Shown one piece after another: positions 10,117 to 20,095 of a stretch of DNA of 64,000 bases. Numbering within the stretch: position 1 is the stretch's first letter; the number at the start of each line of letters is the position of its first letter. Origin of the DNA: an uncultured Acidobacteriaceae bacterium (GTDB lineage Bacteria; Acidobacteriota; Terriglobia; Terriglobales; Acidobacteriaceae); contig CAVOTW010000031.1 in assembly GCA_963699405.1 (NCBI GenBank), forward strand, positions 146,571 through 210,570, given 5' to 3'. A program made the position numbers and the translations under genes. Under the pieces are notes generated by a model. That model worked only from the letters and a program-made list of their open reading frames with translations, had not been told where the DNA came from and ran no database searches.

Positions 10117-11163
10117 ATGGCTTTGCCATTCAAGTCTGCAATCATAATGTTTGCATTTTGCGCTCTAGGCTGGATGTGGCCCTGCTGGGGACAGAGTCCT
10201 CCACAGGCGCCCGGGTCCGCACAGGCTTCGTCTGGAACAATCCTCGGAACCGTGGTTGATCAAAGCGGAGCGGTCGTGGCCGGAGCCCGGGTTAGCCTCC
10301 GTCGTGAAGATCAAAAAGCTAACCAAGAGGTGCTTTCGGACAACGATGGTCAATTCTCCTTTGCCAACATTGCTCCCGGACCTTTCCATCTCACCATTAC
10401 CTCGGCGGGTTTCGCGACGCAGACGTTTTCTGGAATTCTGCACGCGGGAGAGCTCTACGTGGTCCCGCAGAACGCCTTGGCGGTTGCTACCAATGTCACG
10501 GATGTGGAGGTCGGACTCTCGCGGGAAGAAGTGGCAGAGGAGCAGATCCAGATTGAGGAGAAACAGCGCGTGCTGGGCGTGCTGCCGAATTTCTATGTCA
10601 GCTATATTCCCAATGCAGCTCCGCTGAACTCGAAGCAGAAATTCAAGTTGGCCTTGCGGACAGTGGTGGATCCGTTCACCTTCGTGTTTGTGGGAGGGGC
10701 GGCGGGAATTGAGCAGGCGGAAAATGAGTTCAGCGGATATGGGCAAGGCGCGCAAGGTTATGCCAAGCGCTTCGGCGCCGGCTATGCCGATACGGTTACG
10801 GGCACATTCATCACAGGCGCTATCCTGCCGGCGCTGCTCAAACAAGATCCGCGATATTTCTACAAGGGAACGGGCAGCAAGCGGTCGCGGTTTCTGTATG
10901 CGATTGCCAATGTCTTCATTTGCAAGGGAGACAATCGACGATGGCAGCCGAATTACTCGAGTATCTTCGGCAGCCTGGCGGCGGGCGGAATTTCCAATCT
11001 CTACTATCCAGCGAGCGATCGCGGTGCGGGATTGACTTTCGAAAATTTTGGGCTGGGGATTGCCGGAGGCGCCGTCGCCAATCTGTTGCAAGAATTTGTC
11101 ATCAAGAAGATATCGCGGAACGTTCCGAACACCCTCTCGACCGGCGGTCCGGTCCAACCCTAG
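10117..11163 (+). CDS. Carboxypeptidase-regulatory-like domain protein
   Basis: Signal-like MALPFKSAIIMFAFCALGWMW, then GTILGTVVDQSGAVVAGARVSL...DGQFSFANIAPGPFHLTITSAGF (CarboxypepD_reg-type beta sandwich). The rest is unassigned. Start chosen at ATG 10117 inside ORF 10042-11163. Confidence 0.6.
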   Translation: MALPFKSAIIMFAFCALGWMWPCWGQSPPQAPGSAQASSGTILGTVVDQSGAVVAGARVSLRREDQKANQEVLSDNDGQFSFANIAPGPFHLTITSAGFATQTFSGILHAGELYVVPQNALAVATNVTDVEVGLSREEVAEEQIQIEEKQRVLGVLPNFYVSYIPNAAPLNSKQKFKLALRTVVDPFTFVFVGGAAGIEQAENEFSGYGQGAQGYAKRFGAGYADTVTGTFITGAILPALLKQDPRYFYKGTGSKRSRFLYAIANVFICKGDNRRWQPNYSSIFGSLAAGGISNLYYPASDRGAGLTFENFGLGIAGGAVANLLQEFVIKKISRNVPNTLSTGGPVQP

Positions 11164-11180
11164 GGACTTGGCCGGACTAT

Positions 11181-11642
11181 TCAGTCAGGTGGGAGGCCAG
11201 TTCCACAGCCACGCTCTACTCCCGTGCGGCGTTCCCGCGCGGACTCGATGCGCTCGCGGATCTCCTGGATGGCGGACGTGATAATTGGCGTGCTGTATGC
11301 GGGGTGGTGAAACTCCAGGTGCATGCCGCGGCCGATGAAGCGCATCTTGAGCATGGAACCGCCCCACGTCGAGCCTGCGATGGTGACCTGAACTGGTTCG
11401 GGGCAGTATTCGGGATGTCCCGAGAGCAGCGCTGAACCCTCTCCCAGAAGGAGTGCCGTGTAGAAGTGATGCTGGGTGCGAATGTGCAACACGGTGTCCG
11501 GCGGCAAGCCTTCCAGAAACACGCCTCCCTCAATCTCGGACTGGACGATATTCCGATTCACCTCGTCGCTGAGGTTGGGATGAGGCGCGAAGGCCGATTC
11601 CGCGAACATTGCATTACTGTACCGAGGTTCGCGGCGAGTCAC
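11181..11642 (-). CDS. Hypothetical protein
   Basis: 153-codon ORF with no overlap with neighbouring genes. No motif recognised. Confidence 0.4.
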   Translation of the reverse strand: MTRREPRYSNAMFAESAFAPHPNLSDEVNRNIVQSEIEGGVFLEGLPPDTVLHIRTQHHFYTALLLGEGSALLSGHPEYCPEPVQVTIAGSTWGGSMLKMRFIGRGMHLEFHHPAYSTPIITSAIQEIRERIESARERRTGVERGCGTGLPPD

Positions 11643-11670
11643 AACCTTAATCTACAAGGGGCGGGTATCT

Positions 11671-13515
11671 TTAGTTCAGTCCTGACTGAGACAACTGTAC
11701 TGCACAATACGGGTTCGCAGCCCCTCCCGGCACACTGCAGTTCTGATTGCTCACCGATCCCGGTGCCAGGGTCGAGAAGTAGATATTTGTTCCGCCATTC
11801 GGTACGTCATTGTCGATAATGATGCCGCTGGTCCCACCGAGCCCGCTCGGGGCGGTCACACAGCTTGACGTCGGCAGGATCGAGCAGTCCGGGGCTAACA
11901 AGGAACTGGTAATGGTAGAGCTCTCCAGGAATCCGTCAGTCGAGCCCACTCCGAAGAACGCCCGGTCCGTCGACCCATCATCAAACCCAGTCAGCGGGGA
12001 GCACTCGTCGCCCTTTGTGTTGTTGACCACGAAGGTGGAGGTCGGCGAGTTGGTGATGACTCCACTGGCAAACGGGAACATATACATCTGCGGATTCGAC
12101 GGTGCGCCACTGAGGTTTACGAATCCGCACTCGATGATGTGTCCCGATGTCGACCCGTTCAGCCAGAACTCGTTATCAAATGTTGCGGCGTGAATGTTAA
12201 GGCCGGTGCAGTCCCCATTTCCGTGCGCCGATCCAAGGTTGACCGTGTTCGATGTCGAGGCGGAACCGCTTGAAAAATTGGCCGGAAGCTGGGTGATCGC
12301 CCCTCCAATGCCTTCGACAATGCTGCATCCTGTAAAGGCGAAGACCTGGTCAATGGTGGGATTGGCGGGATCGGTAACTACAATCGGCGCGTCTACAACC
12401 CCCGTGCCCGGGTCTCCGCTGCCATCGCCGCTTCCGTCGTATACCCACCCGATTGTCTGCTGCGCCGCGTAGGTGCCGCCGGGGCTATACAGGCTGACGG
12501 AATAGAGGTATCCATAGCCGTCTCCAAGGAAGATGTTGCCCGAGTTCGCATCTTCAATCGGAGCGGTCAGAATTGTATTGCTTTGGGTTGGGGCTGAGAC
12601 GGTCACCGGCCAGTTGCTCGGATCATTGACCAGCGCCGGAGCTCCTCCGCGGAATATCGGCGTGATCTTGTAGAGCAGGCCATTGTCGGCGCCGACGTAG
12701 GCGGTATCGTTATCGTAATCCACCCAGGGGGAGGAATTCGAATTGGTGGCAGAGTTCTCGATGAGAAGGGTCGTCATGCATCCCGGCGTCGTTGGCGTCG
12801 TGCATGGAGTTGGGGTCTCGGGACTCAATACCGTTCCCGCCTGCGAGGGGGGTACCGGGATCGGATTCGGCAATACCAGGACGTGGAAGTAGGACGCCCC
12901 GCTCGTGCTCTCCACGAACGCCACCATCGTCCCATCCAGGGACAGCACAGGCGAAGTTTCGATTTGGCCGCCGGATTGTGTCGCCGTGTTATATGCAAAT
13001 GACACCCAGGGCGAACCGCCATTGCAAGCCTGGGTTCCTCGCGTGTACAGGTTGTTCACCCCTACCAGATTGGCCTGCGTTCCTGAGGTCACAGTGAGAC
13101 CATACACAACGTAATCGGAATCGCAATCCTCCTCGCCAATGCCAAACTGATATTTTGCGGGAAACTGGTTCCGCGGCACATAGCCGTTTTCCAGGGACAC
13201 GGCCCAGTCGATCTTCATTCTGGGAGGCGGCGCTGACACGATGCCACCATTCTTGATCGCCGCTTCCCGCTGGAGCTGGTTGTAAACATAACGTGGGTCG
13301 CGCTTTTCCGCGGCGAAGACACCTGGCGTGCCGGGCATCAACAAGTGGCGCGAACTCCAGTCCTGCGAATAGCCCAGTCGCGCCTGCCCGCCGCTGGCGA
13401 CGGCTGGTGTCTTGTCCAAGTCTGCCTGCCGCGTGCCTGTTTGCCCCAGAAGCGGAACACCCAGCAGCAGCAGCCCAGTCGCCACCGACAACCACCGGAA
13501 TGTACATCCTTGCAT
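11671..13515 (-). CDS. Secreted hypothetical protein, beta-rich (possibly a propeller)
   Basis: ATG 13515 is preceded by GAGGAGAG. Signal peptide MQGCTFRWLSVATGLLLLGVPLLGQTG. Gly/Ser/Thr/Asn-rich repetitive beta-type sequence. Confidence 0.6.
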   Translation of the reverse strand: MQGCTFRWLSVATGLLLLGVPLLGQTGTRQADLDKTPAVASGGQARLGYSQDWSSRHLLMPGTPGVFAAEKRDPRYVYNQLQREAAIKNGGIVSAPPPRMKIDWAVSLENGYVPRNQFPAKYQFGIGEEDCDSDYVVYGLTVTSGTQANLVGVNNLYTRGTQACNGGSPWVSFAYNTATQSGGQIETSPVLSLDGTMVAFVESTSGASYFHVLVLPNPIPVPPSQAGTVLSPETPTPCTTPTTPGCMTTLLIENSATNSNSSPWVDYDNDTAYVGADNGLLYKITPIFRGGAPALVNDPSNWPVTVSAPTQSNTILTAPIEDANSGNIFLGDGYGYLYSVSLYSPGGTYAAQQTIGWVYDGSGDGSGDPGTGVVDAPIVVTDPANPTIDQVFAFTGCSIVEGIGGAITQLPANFSSGSASTSNTVNLGSAHGNGDCTGLNIHAATFDNEFWLNGSTSGHIIECGFVNLSGAPSNPQMYMFPFASGVITNSPTSTFVVNNTKGDECSPLTGFDDGSTDRAFFGVGSTDGFLESSTITSSLLAPDCSILPTSSCVTAPSGLGGTSGIIIDNDVPNGGTNIYFSTLAPGSVSNQNCSVPGGAANPYCAVQLSQSGLN

Positions 13516-14064
13516 CGTGTCTCTCCTCGCACTTTTACCCGGAGCCCTCTGCAGCCTCGCCGACGCCGGGCGTGCTACGAATTCTTCGAGTGAAAAGTGC
13601 ATTGGAACTGAGTCGGGTTCAACTTCCCGCACGAGAGCGCCATCGTCTCAAATACGCGCTCGTACCGAAACGCTGGCCTCAGATAATGTTTGCGACTGCG
13701 CGTTGGCGCAGACTCCGCATCCGCAACCGCTTCCTCCTGGTGTGACTTTTCTGCGTTCCCATTGCTCACACTTACACGCCTCCCTCTGCGAGGAATCACA
13801 GCCATTCACTGCGGTTGATTACTGGCGCAAATCTAAAGGGTCAACATGGTCAAGTCAATGAAACCCGTGAGTAGGGGGGTATCTGAGAAGAGTCCTTACC
13901 AGTGCTAAATCTGTCGCGTCCAAGCCGCGGTGGGAGCGCGGTTGCCGGACCTGCAGCACTCAATCCAATGTCAGCATGGCGTGTACATCATCAATGCAGA
14001 GTCGTTGCGGAGGATAATTCATCGCGGCGCCGGATACGAGGCCCAGTTGCGATTCCCGCCCGCC

Positions 14065-14114
14065 GGTAGCTCAGCCTCGCCGTGGGGGAAAACTTGGCGA
14101 GAGGCTGAGCTACC
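14065..14114. repeat. 50-nt imperfect inverted repeat (long hairpin) in a divergent intergenic region
   Basis: GGTAGCTCAGCCTCGCC (14065-14081) pairs with GGCGAGAGGCTGAGCTACC (14096-14114): 14 perfect bp, a 2-nt bulge, then 3 bp, with a 14-nt loop. No flanking T-run on either strand. Confidence 0.5.
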
Positions 14115-14354
14115 ACATTGGGTGCTACTACCTGTTCGGACATCCCACAAAATAGGGGAAAGTTTTAACATTCTGCCCAAACATATTGGTCCTGTCCGTT
14201 CAAAATTGCACACCGTCGACCAGTAGGCTCGGTTGTAGAGGGTCCAAAGGGACTGGAAGCGTCATGCCATGGCAGAGCTATACTCACCTGTCATGCGGCA
14301 CACTGGATCACACATCCCGACCGACGGAGCGCTGGAACGCGCAACGACGAGGCG

Positions 14355-16967
14355 ATGAAGACTTCGCGCAATCTCAAGTTCCTGGCGGCTGCGCTGGCCT
14401 TCGTGGTGGGCGTCGGTACGCTGGGCTTTCATTACATCGAGGGATGGCCATGGTTCGACGGTTTTTACATGGTCATCACTACCCTGACTACCATCGGATA
14501 CCAGGAAGTACATCCCTTGTCGCACGCCGGGCGCGTGTTCAACGTCTTCATCATCCTGGGCGGAGTGTCGCTGGTGTTTCTGGCCATCGGGGCCCTCACC
14601 CAGGCTTTGTTAGAATTCGAGTTGCAAAGCTTCTTTGGAAGGCGCCGCATGGAGCGCAACATAGGCCGTCTCAGCGGCCACTACATTATCTGCGGCGCCG
14701 GCCGCGTCGGCCGCAGTGCTGCTCGCGAGTTGGCCCGCCGTCCCGCTCAGTTTCTGATCATCGAAAGCGACGAGACAAAAGCGCACAAGTTTGGCAGCGA
14801 GAATTGGCTTATGCTCGTCGGAGATGCCACTCAGGAGCAGACCCTCCGCGACGCACAGATCGACCGCGCGAGTGGTCTGGTCGCTGCCACCACCACCGAC
14901 GCCACCAATCTTTATATCGTGCTGACAGCGCGCAGTCTGAATCCGAACCTGCGCATCATCGCTCGCGCCAGCGAAGATATGGCGGAGAAACACCTGCGCA
15001 GCGCCGGCGCCGATGCCGTTGTCTGTCCGTATGTTTTTGCCGGACAGAGAATCGCGCATTCGTTTCTGCACCCGCACGTGGTCAGTTTCCTGGACACGGC
15101 CACCACTCATCTCGGAATGGATCTTGAGATTGGCGAAGTGCCGATCATCGTGGGCAGCCGATTTGCCGGCAAGACCATCGAGACCTCACGCATTCGTCAG
15201 GAGCGCGGCGTCATTATCCTTGCCATCAAACGCGAGGTGGGCATGCACTTCAATCCCGCACCCGACGATCGCATCGAAGCCGGCGATTTTCTGATCGCCA
15301 TGGGAGAGCCGCAACAACTGCGCGAACTTGAGCAGACGGCTGGGTTCGCGGCCATGAAGATCGTGAGTGCGTCGGAAATGCGCGAGATCGATCGCTCCAC
15401 TTCGGAGCGCTTCGGAGTGTCTTCCATCACTCTGATGGAGAACGCGGGCTCGGCCGTCGCTCGCTTCGTGCTCTCCGATTACCCGCATGCGGAGCGGGTT
15501 TCTGTCGTCTGCGGCAAAGGCAACAACGGCGGCGATGGATTCGTCGTGGCGCGCAAGTTGGTCGAAGCGGGCCGCGCCGTGCGCGTTCTGCTCTTATCGG
15601 ATCCCGAGGAACTTCGCGGGGATGCAGCGATCGTGTTTCGGAGTATGGCAAAGTCGCTGCACTCGGTGAATGTCGCGCCGTTGATCGTGCGTGAGGCGAG
15701 TGCGCTCGATTCCACCGACGCAGCCGCGATTTTTGCTGCGGATGTGATCGTGGACGCAATTCTCGGCACAGGGTTTCGTCCGCCGGTTAGCCCGCTCTAT
15801 GCGACCGCAATCGGCAAAATGAATCGTGCTGCGGCTCCAATCGTCGCTGTCGACATTCCCTCCGGCGCCGATGCCGACACCATGCGGCCAGCAGTTGCGA
15901 CTGGTTCTAGTGAGAAGAGCTCTACTGAGCATGCCCGTGCGGACGCCGTCGTGACCTTCACGGCCCCGCGCCCGGCCCATGTTTTCGCCGCGCTCACCAG
16001 CGGGCCTACCGTGATTGCACCCATCGGTTCACCTCCCGAAGCCATCGTTTCGCAGCTTGGACTGAATTTAAGCACTCCGCACGATTTCGCTGCGCTGCTC
16101 GCGGCCCGAGCGCGCGATGCCAACAAGGGCAGTTATGGACACGTGCTGGTGATCGGCGGATCGCTCGGCAAATCCGGCGCAGCGGCGATGGCGGGATTTG
16201 CGGCACTGCGTGCGGGCGCAGGACTTTCGACCGTGGCCACGCCGAAATCGGTGCTCCCAACCGTTGCGGGTTTTCATCCCGAATTGATGACCGAGCCGCT
16301 GCCAGAAACCAAGGACGGCACCATCTCAGTGCAGGCAGTTGGAATAGGCCTCGCTGCGCTCCTCGAGCGCAAGACCATCGCCATCGGCCCCGGCATCTCG
16401 CGTAATTCCGAGACCGCCGATTTCGTGCGCACCATCGTCACCCGCGGCGACAAGTTGCTGGTTGTTGATGCCGACGCGCTGAACGCGTTCGAAGGGGTGG
16501 CCAACAAACTGAATGGCCGCGGTCGAACCGTCGTCATCACTCCGCATCCGGGAGAAATGGCTCGCTTGACGGGCTTGACGATCGCCGAAATTCAAGCCAG
16601 CCGTTTGGACGTCGCGCGAAAATTTGCCCGCGCGCATGAGTTGATTGTCGTGCTCAAGGGACATCGCACACTCATTGCCTCGCCAGATGGCATGGTCTGG
16701 GTGAATCCCACGGGGAATCCCGGCATGGCCACCGGTGGCACGGGAGACGTTCTGACCGGGATGGTCGCCGGGTTGCTTGCGCAACATCCGCAGCATGCGT
16801 TGGAAGCGACTGCCCTCGCTGTCTACCTTCACGGACTTGCGGGCGACTTGGCTCGCGAATCTGTCGGCGAGAATTCTCTGGTGGCGACGGATTTGGTGCG
16901 GTTTCTGCCACAGGCGTTCGCAGCCAGTCGCGGTTGGAAGTCTGAGGACATTCGAATTCATGCATAG
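14355..16967 (+). CDS. nnr: MthK-like K+ channel/RCK protein fused in frame to the bifunctional NAD(P)H-hydrate epimerase/dehydratase (Nnr)
   Basis: One uninterrupted 870-codon ORF. aa 1-333: a 2-TM pore with filter-like TTLTTIGYQEV, the RCK/TrkA-N Rossmann motif IICGAGRVGRSAAREL, and TrkA-C. aa 334-870 (from ATG 15354): YjeF-N motif VVCGKGNNGGDGFVVARKL and YjeF-C motifs HVLVIGGSLGKSGAAAMAG...GGTGDVLTGMVAGLLAQ. Confidence 0.8.
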   Translation: MKTSRNLKFLAAALAFVVGVGTLGFHYIEGWPWFDGFYMVITTLTTIGYQEVHPLSHAGRVFNVFIILGGVSLVFLAIGALTQALLEFELQSFFGRRRMERNIGRLSGHYIICGAGRVGRSAARELARRPAQFLIIESDETKAHKFGSENWLMLVGDATQEQTLRDAQIDRASGLVAATTTDATNLYIVLTARSLNPNLRIIARASEDMAEKHLRSAGADAVVCPYVFAGQRIAHSFLHPHVVSFLDTATTHLGMDLEIGEVPIIVGSRFAGKTIETSRIRQERGVIILAIKREVGMHFNPAPDDRIEAGDFLIAMGEPQQLRELEQTAGFAAMKIVSASEMREIDRSTSERFGVSSITLMENAGSAVARFVLSDYPHAERVSVVCGKGNNGGDGFVVARKLVEAGRAVRVLLLSDPEELRGDAAIVFRSMAKSLHSVNVAPLIVREASALDSTDAAAIFAADVIVDAILGTGFRPPVSPLYATAIGKMNRAAAPIVAVDIPSGADADTMRPAVATGSSEKSSTEHARADAVVTFTAPRPAHVFAALTSGPTVIAPIGSPPEAIVSQLGLNLSTPHDFAALLAARARDANKGSYGHVLVIGGSLGKSGAAAMAGFAALRAGAGLSTVATPKSVLPTVAGFHPELMTEPLPETKDGTISVQAVGIGLAALLERKTIAIGPGISRNSETADFVRTIVTRGDKLLVVDADALNAFEGVANKLNGRGRTVVITPHPGEMARLTGLTIAEIQASRLDVARKFARAHELIVVLKGHRTLIASPDGMVWVNPTGNPGMATGGTGDVLTGMVAGLLAQHPQHALEATALAVYLHGLAGDLARESVGENSLVATDLVRFLPQAFAASRGWKSEDIRIHA

Positions 16968-17023
16968 GCGGGCAAGTACCTGATCTTTCGCTTCGTTCGG
17001 GATGACTCGGCCGCGGGGCTCGG

Positions 17024-18638
17024 CTAGCGCGGGATGTAATTGTCGAGCAGCGGAAGTATGTGCGACCCTAGTTTCATCATGCGGGCTTGGGCGGCATCGG
17101 GAGACTCGCCTTTGAACATCGGGGTCATCAGGCGCACCATTCCGCCGTCGCTGCGATTCCTGCGAATGGAGTCGGAAATCAGATAGTACTTGGACCACCA
17201 CTCGCTAGCCACCACCCGCCCATGCGCCTGAAACCAGTACAAGACCAGTTGCCGCTCGCCCGACTTTGAAACCACGTAGCGATTGACGGGAATAGTAGAT
17301 CCGTCAGGGCGGGGAAGCTGAATCACCTGCCGCACTGTCGGAATCCATCCCGCGCCCGGCAGGCAATGTTCTGGCGAATGGATCGTATCGCCTGCCTTTT
17401 GGGAAGAAAAATATACGATGTACAGATTGATCCAATTCTGCGACGGATCCGCGGCTTCGTAATCGCGCAGGAGGTACTCGGGATGTCCGAGGATATCAAG
17501 ATCATCCTGGCTGAGCGTGTCGTCGGTTCCGGTCCAACCATCAATCTGCGAGGGCAGGGAACTCAGGGGCTGGTGCGGAGGAATTGATCTCAGTGGTGGA
17601 ATGGGCCTGCAGACCTATGGCCGTTGCCAACATGGGCACGGCCACGATGCCAAAGCGAAGAGGCCCGCCCCGGATGGGAATCTCCCGAACGGCCCGCTCT
17701 TGGAGATGCTGAGGCGCGTCATTGCGCGGCGTCGCCTTTGGATTTGTGTTCGGAACCCAAATGAGCGAGATCAGGCGGTGTACAGCGAACAACATGATCA
17801 ACGCGACCGCGAAGATCAACATTCCCGAGAGGGCATGGTAAAAGCCCTCCGCTTGTTCAGCATGCCCGTACTGAACCAGCAAGCCGGTGCCAAAAACGCG
17901 GAAGCTGTTAGCCGCCACGGCGATAGGCACGGCTGCGACCGCGAGGACCACGCGCACCCACTTCCGAGGCTCCATGAGATAGCCGTAGATGATGGCCAGC
18001 GTCACCAGGGTAAGAAGCGACCGGATTCCGCTGCAGGCTTCCGCGACGTCCAACTGCATGGCAGCGAGGGTGAGCAAGTTCCCCTCTCGCAGCACGGGAA
18101 CGTGGACCAGTTCCAGTAGACCAAAGGCGAGTTTGGAAGCCAGCAACTGAAGCGGGAAAGTGACTCGATTGATGATCAGGGCGGGGATTGGGATCATCAA
18201 AATCAGAAAAGCCCACGGAAACAGCACGGCGCGAAAAAACGTCCATCCCTGAAACAGAATGATCAAGGCCGCCAGCAGAAGCAGCAGCGATACTCGCGGC
18301 AGAAAAATATCGGCACCCAAGACGCCCACAACCAGCAAGAACAGGCTCAGGTACGCCAGCGGAAGGCCCGTCCACGAAGGAGCGGATGCAATCGCCTGCA
18401 GGCGCTTGCGGTCTTGCCAGAGAACAAACAAGGCAAAGATCGGGACGAAGATCCCATGCTGGAAGTTCGGGTCGCTGCGGGGCCCGACCCATTGCAGGAA
18501 AAGGTGGGCGAGAATCGAAGCGTAAAGCCAGGCGAGGAGCAAAAGCAGCGCGATTCCCTGCCAACGGGGCAGGCGGGACGACCAACGATTCTCCCTGGTC
18601 GAGAGGAGTGGAACTGCCTCTGCGGAGTTACTCATCAT
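17024..18638 (-). pseudogene. Exosortase (XrtA-like) with C-terminal EpsI-family domain; one frameshift between the two parts
   Basis: ORF 17541-18638 is a multi-TM exosortase (LMIPIP, DVAEACSGIRSLLTL). My translation of the frame of ORF 17024-17335 stays open upstream to beyond 17600 and reads SLPSQIDGWTGTDDTLSQDDLDILGHPEYLLRDY...IHSPEHCLPGAGW...LVLYWFQAHGRVV, which is EpsI-like. The two frames meet at about 17575-17590. Confidence 0.85.
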
Positions 18639-19061
18639 GGCGCGCTTGCATTTGAGGATATGCGAAAATCAGCCTTCTCGCCAAGGAAAACGAACGCGTG
18701 GGCCCACCCTTCGGGTCATACGAAAGTGGAGGTTAATCACCCTAGATTACCGAAAGCCGGGAAAGTATTTTCGCATTTCCGCAACATCGTTCGCGGATTG
18801 ATAAAAATGGCAATTTTGGTGGCGTGCGACCTCTAAGTCATTGATTTTTCGTTAGGAAACGGGGTCAGAGTACCACCTTGGTTCTTTTTTCACCCGCCTG
18901 CTAGAATGCATTGATGTCATCCCCCACGGGTGCGAAAATTGGGCATCTTGGGGACCTATCTTGGGGCATCCGGATTACGACCTGTTAGCGCATGATGCCA
19001 TCGCAATGGAGCATTTCCCGGTTCTTGGCCCGCAGCGGGGCTGTACGGGGATAGCAATCTT

Positions 19062-19931
19062 ATGTTGAAACGCATCATTGCGGGAACCAAGCGTACATTT
19101 GGATTGAAGCCCGCCGGCCGTAATCTGACGGTCTTCCCCGACGATACTTTTCTTGTTTCCTATCCCAAGTCAGGGAATACGTGGTCGCGCTTTTTGATTG
19201 CGAATCTTCTTCGACCGCAGGAGAAGGTTGGTTTCTCGAACATTCACCAGATCATCCCCGGAATTGACGTGGTTCCCCATCGCGACATGCTGCGATTTCC
19301 GCGGCCGCGCATTATTAAGAGCCATCAGTACTTTGACCCGCGATATCAGCGGGTGGTTTACATCGTTCGCGATCCTCGGGATGTGGCGCTTTCGGAATAC
19401 CACGCTCAACGCAAGAGCAAGCGGATCGCCGACCATGCTCCGATCGAGGAGTTTGTCCGCCGGTTTCTAGCCGGCGAAAGCTGCGATTACAGTTCATGGC
19501 GTGAGCATGCAGCAAGCTGGCTCTCAACTCGTTATGGTCAGCCTGGATTCCTGCTGGTGCGCTACGAGGATATGTTGCAGGACACGTCGCGCGAGCTCTC
19601 CAGAATGGCTGGCTTCCTCGGGCTCCATCCGACAGCAGAGCTGATCGAGCAGGCAGTCTCCCGGAGTGGCGCGGACAAAATGCGAAAGCTGGAGAAATCT
19701 CAGGCCGATCTTTTCAATGCCACCAAGGACACACGCCAGGACATTCTGTTCGTCCGTAGCGCCAAAGCTGGTGGATGGCGTTCGGAGCTACCTGAGACCT
19801 GTATCTTGCAGATCGAGCAGGCGTGGGGACACCTGATCCGGTGGTTGGGATACGAAATGGTCACGGAAGAGAAGGGGAATACGGCCGAGCCCGCATTCCC
19901 GGTTTCGGCAGGGAACGGGCCTGGGCGATGA
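19062..19931 (+). CDS. PAPS-type sulfotransferase (Sulfotransfer_1-like)
   Basis: 5'-PSB loop SYPKSGNTWSRFL and 3'-PB motif YIVRDPRDVALS. Confidence 0.85.
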   Translation: MLKRIIAGTKRTFGLKPAGRNLTVFPDDTFLVSYPKSGNTWSRFLIANLLRPQEKVGFSNIHQIIPGIDVVPHRDMLRFPRPRIIKSHQYFDPRYQRVVYIVRDPRDVALSEYHAQRKSKRIADHAPIEEFVRRFLAGESCDYSSWREHAASWLSTRYGQPGFLLVRYEDMLQDTSRELSRMAGFLGLHPTAELIEQAVSRSGADKMRKLEKSQADLFNATKDTRQDILFVRSAKAGGWRSELPETCILQIEQAWGHLIRWLGYEMVTEEKGNTAEPAFPVSAGNGPGR

Positions 19932-20095
19932 CCGCCTGTGCTCTTCGTGCATTTGGCTTTTAGCTGAACGCTAAGAGCGTTATTTGAAGGGGTCTGGAAA
20001 CACATCGGACCATAGGAAAGTTCTTCATCCGACTGGTCTTCGCCAGCCCGGCCGAAAGAAGCCACTGTTTACGATATCGCGGCAACTGGGCGTGT

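Noticed and set aside
15354-16967. Annotating nnr as a separate gene from the upstream channel.
   Set aside because: There is no stop codon in frame between 14355 and 16967, so as the sequence stands translation of the channel must read through. The possibility of an artefactual fusion is recorded as a caveat instead.
18796-18811. Other sigma54-like strings: TGGCAATTTTGGTGGC (18796), TGGCAGCACGCGAGGCT (7401-7417), GGGGCACAGGTTTGCC (about 34666-34681) and GGGCACGGCTTCAGGC (about 55575).
   Set aside because: The GG-to-GC spacing is off by one nucleotide in each, and sigma54 promoters do not tolerate that. An indel error cannot be excluded, but I will not report them.
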